NCBI GenBank assembly: GCA_044345485.1
Contig: JBIJAX010000006.1
Location: 1-63,102 of the forward strand
DNA length: 63,102 bases
Source: Candidatus Kapaibacterium sp.
GTDB taxonomy: Bacteria > Bacteroidota > Ignavibacteria > Kapaibacteriales > Kapaibacteriaceae
Direction of reading: 5' to 3'
The notes beneath the pieces are model-generated. The model was not told the DNA's origin. It searched no databases and saw nothing but the letters and a program-made list of their open reading frames with translations. Both the position numbers and the translations under genes were made by a program. Shown here piece by piece: positions 55,938 through 63,102 of this stretch. Every line of letters starts with the position of its first letter. The first letter of the stretch is position 1.

Positions 55938-58900
55938 ATGCAACGTTGGTTTCGTCTGAGCAGCTTGCTGCTTGTGCTAACCGCGGCATTTAACATAGCC
56001 CAAGCGGCATATGTTGAAGTCCGTGGTAGTCTTCCTCCGGGTGCGGTTCGCGTATTCGTACGTGACACCGTATATCGTATTAGTGGCACGTACACCATTG
56101 GTGGAACGCTTCTGATCGAGCCCGGAACAACAGTTGAGTTTATGCCAAACGGTCGTTTGGTTGACTCAACAGGTGGTCGAATCATTGCTGATGGTCGTGC
56201 GTCTGCGACGTACAATCCAACAGCGGTGAATCCACTGGTTCCACCATACACTGGATATGATGATTTGTCATATTTCGGTGCAGCTGGAGTCGTCACATCG
56301 ACGATCTCTACGGAGCCAACGATTCACCCGTCGAAGTATTCGACAATCTTTAATGTGGATCTTGGCACAAATGTCAACCTCCAAGGTTTGACACCTGCCC
56401 AAGCGATCATGTACAAGGCAGCTCGCCTTGAGCTCGGATCGGTTATTTCGGCCATCCGTCTTAATGCATGGTTCCGCGCAACAGGTGCTGGTATTAATGT
56501 TACACCAGGACGTATCACGTTCAAGGCTGGAGACGTTAATACATTCTCACGCGAATGGGGCCATATCGTGGTTCTCCCGGGCGCACGTGCTGCATTCTTC
56601 CGTGATGTTGACTTTGTCAACTTCCGCAAGGATACAACTGTAGATAACCGCCCAGTATACCTCACAAACAACAACGGCCAAGCATTTACGGCAGCACAAG
56701 CTGAAACAGCAAATGCAGGCCTTCTTGATGCGACAAACGGTGGTGGTGGTGCAATCACGACATTCTCGTCACGCACGTGGATTGTAGGATGTAACTTCCG
56801 CAACAACATGTCACGTTACCGTGGTGGTGCTGTGCAGATCCTGCAGGCGCCAACCGATACATATTCAGGCACGCAGCTTCAGCTGTACCCAGCTGTATCA
56901 ACAGGATTCCTTTCGGCTCTTCCGAAGTATCCTGCAACGGTTAACCCATTCATGACAGATCCAGTAACAGGCGCTCCTATTTCTACAGGACTTCCTATCA
57001 CTGACTATGTATATGATGCAAATCCTGAAACGATGTCTGATGTTGACCGTCAGTCGATCGACGACGCTCGTTTGGCGTTGTACCTCGGCCGTATCCGTCA
57101 GTCACGCTTTACAGGTAACCACGTATTGCTATCAGATGTAGATACGGTACGTATCGGTGGTATCCGTGTTGTAACGGACGCTGACCGTGCGGCAACTGTG
57201 TTCGCAAACACCAACCGTTCACAAAAGAACGAAGCCTTTGGTGGCGCTATCTACGTTTCTGGTCGTACACCAATGGTAGTCGGTATTGGTGTTAACGACT
57301 TCCAAGGCAAAGACACGATGGAATTCAACAGTAACTATGTTACAAACCGTCAACCTGCAACACCAAACGGAAACTCTGTTTCTCAAGGTGCTCGTGGTGG
57401 TGCGGTGTACGTTGGAAACCAGACAAGTGTAATCTTCGCCGGTCGTTACACAACAAACAAGACAGAAACACCATACATCACAACACTTGCTTCAACTGGT
57501 GCAGCATCTGTAGGGAACTTCTCTAAGGGTGGTGCGATCTATGCATCAACTGGTGCATGGCAGATTCAAGTACGTGGTAATCTTGATAACAACCCACCGA
57601 CACACTTCCTTGGCAACTCGTCGGGTCGTGGCGGTGCGATCTTTGTAGAAAACGGTACTAATGACAACTCCGTATCACCATGGATTGGTGGTTCAGACGG
57701 AATCATTACTGCTCGTAACTATGGTTTCAACATCAAGTTCCGCGATAACCGCGCTTCAGTAGATGGTGGTGCTATCTATACAGCACGCAACATGTACATG
57801 TATGGTGCAGGTGGCGCATCGGGTCCACTCTGGATCTACGGAACGAACTACGGTGTAGAATTCCAAAACAACGTAGCCAACTTCTCAGGTGGTGCTATCA
57901 GCGTTCAGATTCCACAGAATCTTCCAATCGCTCGCCGCACACTGCGTTTTGTTCGTGGTCACTTCCTCAATAACCGTGTTGGACAGGTTGCAACTAACCT
58001 TGCATCTGAAGTTCGCGGTGGTGGTGCTATCTATACAATCAATGCAGACTTGAACGTAGTAAAGGGTGTTGAATTCCGCGCAAATAAGGCATGGAATGGT
58101 AACGGTGGTGCTATTGCCGTTGTAACTCCAGATACGCTTACACGTAAGCGCCTGATGGTTACAGATATGGATGAAATCACATATGACGTAAATGGTGTTG
58201 CTACTGGCTATAACCCACGCAACGACATCTTTACATTCCAAACAGCTTCACCACGTCCAGATGAGCGTATGCTTACACGTTTCTACGAAAACGAAGCATA
58301 TGCAAACCCAGATCGTCAAGGTTCAGGTGCAACTCAGCGTGGCGATATCAAGATCACACACCCAGGAACAACACTTCGTGAAAACGGAACAGGCCTTGGT
58401 GGTGCATTGTACATCCTTGATAGCATCCGCGTTCGCGTAGACACGTTCTCGTTTGACCGCGTACGTATGCAAAACAACGTTGCATTCAGCGGTGCAGGTA
58501 TGTATTCAGATAACTATGACCTCAAGCTCGCTATGGCACGCTGCTTAGTCACAGGTAACAAGGCTACATCTACAATCGGCCGCACTCAGGATGTTGTAGA
58601 TGGTCCACTGGTAAACAATACAAACGAAGCATCAAGTGATCTCGCTGGTGCAGTATTGTTCGGTGAAGTAACTGGTCCACTTCCATGGAAGACATACAGC
58701 TACGCTTCTAACTCGATTTACGACAATGATGCTCGCTTCATCATTCGTCTCCCAGATGCACAAGACACAAAGGGTGTTCTTGCTGGAACAACTGGTATCG
58801 GTTTTGGTGGTGTTGATACTCTCCGTGGCAACTACTGGGGCCGTACTGAAGCTAACGTAAACACGATTCTTCCAAGCACGCCAAACACTTCATCGTTTGG

Positions 58901-61900
58901 TCGCGTACAGGAAACATTCTTCATTGCTGGTAACGGCAAGACACACATGCGTTTTGTTCGCCAAGGTTCAACAAACCCAACAGAACAAGGTCCATTTGAG
59001 TCGGATTGGCGTTACACATATGCACCAGTCGCGATTGGTGTAATCCCAGATACACTTCTTCTCGAAGGTCGTATCTATGACATCTTTGATAAGGGTACAG
59101 ACATTAAGACAGCTGATTACTCAAGCCGTCGCATGTCACCTATTGAAGACTTTGCTGTTGGTATTCCACCAACACTCAAGCTGTACAACGATCCAGCGCA
59201 ACCATCATACGAGAAGTATGTTAAGCGCATGACTCGTAACCCATATGATGCAGATGTTCATGCAGATGTTGCAGCAGTTCAGACTGAATTCGTTGGCAAC
59301 CATCCTATTGGATATCCAGTGTTTCTTGAAGCACGCGCTGATTACAGTGGTACTGCAGAAATCAGCAACAACGATGCACGCGTAATTAATGAGTCTGTGT
59401 TCTTCGTAATCAATGAGCGCACTGGTGACTACATCCGTGTAAACATGGCACAGAAGGCACTCACAGATTCAATCTTCCGCGCTCGTGTTGAACTCGTTCC
59501 AGACTCATCGAACGGTGGAGATCCTAACATCCGTCGCGCATACGAAGGCCTTGCAACGTATGGTACAGGTGCTACACTTCTTTCGTTCCTTGTAGACAAT
59601 GCTATCGCAGAAGACTCATCAGCTCTCCAAGGTCGTCGTTGGGAAGGCTCAACACAACTTGGTGAACTTGGTGGTGCAAACTTCCGCCTTGGCAACCGTC
59701 CAGCACTTCCAGTGTCAAACGGCGGTAGCGAAACATATTATGGTGGTGAGCGTTACCGTTCACTCCCAGTACGTGATGGCGATCAAGTAACAATCGTTTC
59801 ACGTACGATCCTTTGGAAAGATGGCGTAGTTGATGCTATCAAGGGTGCTCTCAGCTTCACAGTTGGCAACAACACAAACCCACCAGTATTTACTGGTGCA
59901 GCTGACACACTCCCAACATCACCGCTTCTCCACCCAGAATATCGTAATCGCGTTTTCGTAACAGAGAATCGCCTTTATACTCCAATTACAGCAGCACAAT
60001 CACCTCGCGGTGGTGGACAGCCTAGCTGGTTCAACGAACCACCTAGCTACCCAGCAGATGTTAACAATCAGCCAATCCCTGGTCGTGATCTGTTTGAGCG
60101 TGATTCTATCTTCTCGATCACAGCTGTTGACGTAAACAAGTTCTATGATCCACGTGTAGTACGTAATGCTGGTGATAACGCTCAGCTTTCATACTTCTGG
60201 AGCATCAAGACTGGAAACAGCGGTCTTCGTTATTGGTTGCGTGACACGCTGATTCGTGCAAATGCAACAAACAACAACCCAAGCTGGGGTGCTACTGGAT
60301 ACCGCATGTTCCGTGGCCGTCCAATCAATCCGTACATCGTTCCAGGTGGCGAATTGGTAGAGGTTGTAGCGAAGAACTTCCCTCCTTCAGTTGAGCTTGT
60401 TGATTCACTCCGTAAGAACAACTGGACAGAGCAGGACATCGCTCGTTGGGTATATATCTACCCATCGTATTTCCACGCAGAAGCATATGACAACGAAACT
60501 CTGCCGAAGAATCAGCAGAATCCATCGAACACAAATGCTCGCTATCTGCAACAGGATACTGTAAACTTCGGTTGGTTGGATTCTGTGTCTTATGAGTTCC
60601 GCATTCACGTTGTTGACTCGATGCCACGCTTCATCTGGCGTCACAATGCAACTGGTGCAGCAGCGGTAACATTCCAGAACATGCTCCGCGGTGATATCAC
60701 AGTTGTGTTGGATCCAACAACAACAGATCCAGCTGCTTACGATGCAGCTACGGGCACCTATCGTGACACACTTCGTTACACAACGACGACTTCACGTGTT
60801 GGTCGCAAGTTCATGCCTACAGGTGCAAACCCGAACAACATCCTGACAGAAGAGTACAACGATCCGTCACGTAATTACAACGACTCGTTGAACATTCACT
60901 TTGTTGCTAACCTTACAGACTCATTGCGCTTTAAGGCAGATATCAACACGGATGATGAGTTCGAAGATGCAGCAGCGGCAGATCTCAATCGTGCAGTTGT
61001 TCAGCAGTACGGTGCATGGGACTTCCGTTATGGTAAAACAGCATATGGTTTCGTGTCTACATCAGTTCGTGAGACGCCAAACGAAACATCTCTCGACGAT
61101 ATCATTCAGGCACGCCCAAGCTGGATGGCTACGCGCTACATGCGTCAGTACGACAATCCAAGCCAGGTCAGCCCGTTTGGTGTAGATTTCACGACAAAGG
61201 GTCAGATCGACATTCGTATCGATCGCGCAAACGCTCTTGAGCTTCTCAAGCCAGTCAACGATTTCGATCCAGGTAACCCAATCAACGGTGACCTAAATGT
61301 TGACACAGTGATGTCTGTGCTTGTAAATGACGGACACGGTGGAGTTAACACACTCACACGTCGTTTGTTTGTTAATGTTCAGCCACGTCTTCTAGATGCA
61401 AACCTTGAGGATGCAATCGAAGACATTGACTACAACGTACAATTGACAGACTCAGCACGTCGTATCAAGGTGTATGATCCTAACTTCGGTCAGGTTCAAA
61501 ACTTCGAATTGATCTACGTAGGTGAGCAGCGTGACAGTGTTCCGGTTGACCCATACTTCGCAGAAGCTGGTCAAATCGTGTTCGATGCATCACGCAAGAC
61601 AACACCAAACTGGTTGAAGATCAATCCTACTAGCGGTCTGCTTTACGGCAAGCCAACAGTAACAGATCTTCCATACTCTGATACAACTGTAAACGTTACA
61701 GTTCTAGTAACAGATGCAGGTGGTCTTCGCGACATCAAGACATATACATTGAACGTTCGTGCTGTTAATCACAAGCCAAACATGCTTCAATCGCCAATTA
61801 TTCGTTGCGTAGAAGCTGGTAAGGAATACACAGACAAGATCCGCGTAACAGATGTTGATCTTAAGCGCACACAAGCTGGTAATGAAGAACTCACATTCTC

Positions 61901-62954
61901 AGTTCTCGAGCCAGCTGGTTCATGGACTTTTGCTCCTGCAAAGCTTTCAAGCCCAATTGCAGATACGCAAGAAGTAACAATCAGCACATCGAATCTCCAG
62001 GGTACTATCGAAAACGGACGCATCAAGATCCGCATCGAAGTAACTGATCGTCAAGGTGAAAAGGATACTCTGACATACTCTGTAGCAGTTTCTGCACAGA
62101 CACGTTTCTCAGCTGATGTTCGTATTGAGAACGCAGTTGGTGGATGGCAGACACTTACATTCGGTGTGAGTGGTACAGAAATCGCGACACGTGGTGACGA
62201 AGCAGCGACGTTCGGTCGTCTTGATTCTAACTACTGCGAGTATGAATTGCCACCGGTTCCTTACACAGACGTATTCGATGCTCGTTGGACAATCCCAACG
62301 CGTAACGGTATCATCCGCAACATTCACCCATTCTCAAACACTGCAGGCGAGTCTATCTATCAAGGTCGCTTCCAAGCAGGTGGTGAGAACGGTGTAAGTT
62401 CATCATACTATCCAGTTAAGCTTTCATGGTGTCGCACGCAGCTTCCAGCACGTGATGCACAGAACCCAGGTTCTTACTACATCCGTGATGACCAATCAAA
62501 CGGTAGTCTGTTTGCTTACAACATGAAGACTGGTGAAGGTCGCTCAATCGCAGCAGTTCAGCATCGCGTTTCAGCTTCTAACGATTGCGATACCCTCGTA
62601 ATCACATCGACAGCAATTGAAGGCTTCATCATCGTGTACGACTTCACAACAGACGTCGAAAACGGCGAAGAGTCACCTTCAACTCTCGCGATCACTGGCG
62701 CTTCGCCAAATCCATTCACAACATCGACACTCGTGAACTTCACAGTTCCAACAACATCTAAGGTTTCAGTAGATATCTATGATGCTATCGGTAACCGTGT
62801 TGCAACGCTTGCAAACGATGTGTTTAACCCAGGTATGCACTCGGTTGAATGGAACGGAGCCGCTAACGGCGTAGCATTGCCAAATGGCATCTACACAGTA
62901 CGCGTATCCGATGGAGCGAATACAACATCACAGCAGATCGTATTCGTACGCTAA
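55938..62954 (+). CDS. Giant T9SS cargo: GGA(I/V/L) beta-helix repeats, unknown middle region, cadherin/He_PIG-like domains, FlgD-Ig-type CTD
   Basis: GGAGG before the ATG; signal peptide; 11 GGA[IVL] motifs, mostly preceded by FxxN; WLKINPTSGLLYGKP...VTDAGG...VNHKP; SPNPF...IYDAIGNRVATL...PNGIY. Confidence 0.88.
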   Translation: MQRWFRLSSLLLVLTAAFNIAQAAYVEVRGSLPPGAVRVFVRDTVYRISGTYTIGGTLLIEPGTTVEFMPNGRLVDSTGGRIIADGRASATYNPTAVNPLVPPYTGYDDLSYFGAAGVVTSTISTEPTIHPSKYSTIFNVDLGTNVNLQGLTPAQAIMYKAARLELGSVISAIRLNAWFRATGAGINVTPGRITFKAGDVNTFSREWGHIVVLPGARAAFFRDVDFVNFRKDTTVDNRPVYLTNNNGQAFTAAQAETANAGLLDATNGGGGAITTFSSRTWIVGCNFRNNMSRYRGGAVQILQAPTDTYSGTQLQLYPAVSTGFLSALPKYPATVNPFMTDPVTGAPISTGLPITDYVYDANPETMSDVDRQSIDDARLALYLGRIRQSRFTGNHVLLSDVDTVRIGGIRVVTDADRAATVFANTNRSQKNEAFGGAIYVSGRTPMVVGIGVNDFQGKDTMEFNSNYVTNRQPATPNGNSVSQGARGGAVYVGNQTSVIFAGRYTTNKTETPYITTLASTGAASVGNFSKGGAIYASTGAWQIQVRGNLDNNPPTHFLGNSSGRGGAIFVENGTNDNSVSPWIGGSDGIITARNYGFNIKFRDNRASVDGGAIYTARNMYMYGAGGASGPLWIYGTNYGVEFQNNVANFSGGAISVQIPQNLPIARRTLRFVRGHFLNNRVGQVATNLASEVRGGGAIYTINADLNVVKGVEFRANKAWNGNGGAIAVVTPDTLTRKRLMVTDMDEITYDVNGVATGYNPRNDIFTFQTASPRPDERMLTRFYENEAYANPDRQGSGATQRGDIKITHPGTTLRENGTGLGGALYILDSIRVRVDTFSFDRVRMQNNVAFSGAGMYSDNYDLKLAMARCLVTGNKATSTIGRTQDVVDGPLVNNTNEASSDLAGAVLFGEVTGPLPWKTYSYASNSIYDNDARFIIRLPDAQDTKGVLAGTTGIGFGGVDTLRGNYWGRTEANVNTILPSTPNTSSFGRVQETFFIAGNGKTHMRFVRQGSTNPTEQGPFESDWRYTYAPVAIGVIPDTLLLEGRIYDIFDKGTDIKTADYSSRRMSPIEDFAVGIPPTLKLYNDPAQPSYEKYVKRMTRNPYDADVHADVAAVQTEFVGNHPIGYPVFLEARADYSGTAEISNNDARVINESVFFVINERTGDYIRVNMAQKALTDSIFRARVELVPDSSNGGDPNIRRAYEGLATYGTGATLLSFLVDNAIAEDSSALQGRRWEGSTQLGELGGANFRLGNRPALPVSNGGSETYYGGERYRSLPVRDGDQVTIVSRTILWKDGVVDAIKGALSFTVGNNTNPPVFTGAADTLPTSPLLHPEYRNRVFVTENRLYTPITAAQSPRGGGQPSWFNEPPSYPADVNNQPIPGRDLFERDSIFSITAVDVNKFYDPRVVRNAGDNAQLSYFWSIKTGNSGLRYWLRDTLIRANATNNNPSWGATGYRMFRGRPINPYIVPGGELVEVVAKNFPPSVELVDSLRKNNWTEQDIARWVYIYPSYFHAEAYDNETLPKNQQNPSNTNARYLQQDTVNFGWLDSVSYEFRIHVVDSMPRFIWRHNATGAAAVTFQNMLRGDITVVLDPTTTDPAAYDAATGTYRDTLRYTTTTSRVGRKFMPTGANPNNILTEEYNDPSRNYNDSLNIHFVANLTDSLRFKADINTDDEFEDAAAADLNRAVVQQYGAWDFRYGKTAYGFVSTSVRETPNETSLDDIIQARPSWMATRYMRQYDNPSQVSPFGVDFTTKGQIDIRIDRANALELLKPVNDFDPGNPINGDLNVDTVMSVLVNDGHGGVNTLTRRLFVNVQPRLLDANLEDAIEDIDYNVQLTDSARRIKVYDPNFGQVQNFELIYVGEQRDSVPVDPYFAEAGQIVFDASRKTTPNWLKINPTSGLLYGKPTVTDLPYSDTTVNVTVLVTDAGGLRDIKTYTLNVRAVNHKPNMLQSPIIRCVEAGKEYTDKIRVTDVDLKRTQAGNEELTFSVLEPAGSWTFAPAKLSSPIADTQEVTISTSNLQGTIENGRIKIRIEVTDRQGEKDTLTYSVAVSAQTRFSADVRIENAVGGWQTLTFGVSGTEIATRGDEAATFGRLDSNYCEYELPPVPYTDVFDARWTIPTRNGIIRNIHPFSNTAGESIYQGRFQAGGENGVSSSYYPVKLSWCRTQLPARDAQNPGSYYIRDDQSNGSLFAYNMKTGEGRSIAAVQHRVSASNDCDTLVITSTAIEGFIIVYDFTTDVENGEESPSTLAITGASPNPFTTSTLVNFTVPTTSKVSVDIYDAIGNRVATLANDVFNPGMHSVEWNGAANGVALPNGIYTVRVSDGANTTSQQIVFVR

Positions 62955-62965
62955 CGCTTATCTAC

Positions 62966-62994
62966 AGGGCCGGTTCTCGGACCGGCCCTATTTA
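62966..62994 (+). terminator. GC-rich hairpin after the giant gene (terminator or stabilising stem)
   Basis: 10-bp stem agggccggtt/gaccggccct, loop ctcg, short attt tail. Confidence 0.6.
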
Positions 62995-63032
62995 AACCGA
63001 TTAAAAAAACAGTGAAAACTTTTGGAGTATTT

Positions 63033-63102
63033 ATGAAGAAACAGGTATTGATTGCCTCGGCGATTGTACTCTGTTCATTCGCGATCGGTGCAGTAGAGGG
63101 CG
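63033..63102 (+). CDS. 5' end of a secreted protein, truncated by the window
   Basis: GGAG upstream; MKKQVLIASAIVLCSFAIGAVEG reads as a signal peptide. Confidence 0.6.
   Translation, partial: MKKQVLIASAIVLCSFAIGAVEG

Overview
Gene-dense bacterial chromosomal window. T9SS-type C-terminal sorting domains, DUF2795, TAnnTTTG promoter elements and gatB point to the FCB group, most likely a Kapabacteria/Ignavibacteria-like lineage (inference). The window looks origin-proximal: two perfect parS palindromes lie just upstream of mnmG, a third near-perfect parS lies at 47.3 kb, and a ~475 bp gene-free gap after serS carries a cluster of DnaA-box-like motifs (candidate oriC). Housekeeping genes (ispD, coaX, birA, mnmE, mnmG, serS, rarA, gatB, ilvE, fused E1) alternate with many secreted proteins. 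These include four aryl-sulfotransferase (ASST)-like paralogs, two tandem Ig-stalk proteins with unrelated N-terminal heads, and a ~2340-aa beta-helix/cadherin-like T9SS cargo protein. The most unusual feature is an icmF (isobutyryl-CoA mutase/GTPase fusion) split within its linker into two intact ORFs, with an unrelated DUF4397-type lipoprotein gene between them. Several -7 promoter elements sit 3-6 nt from start codons, suggesting leaderless mRNAs. I recognised no CRISPR array, rRNA, tRNA, transposase or integrase. Family assignments are from motif recognition by eye, not database searches.
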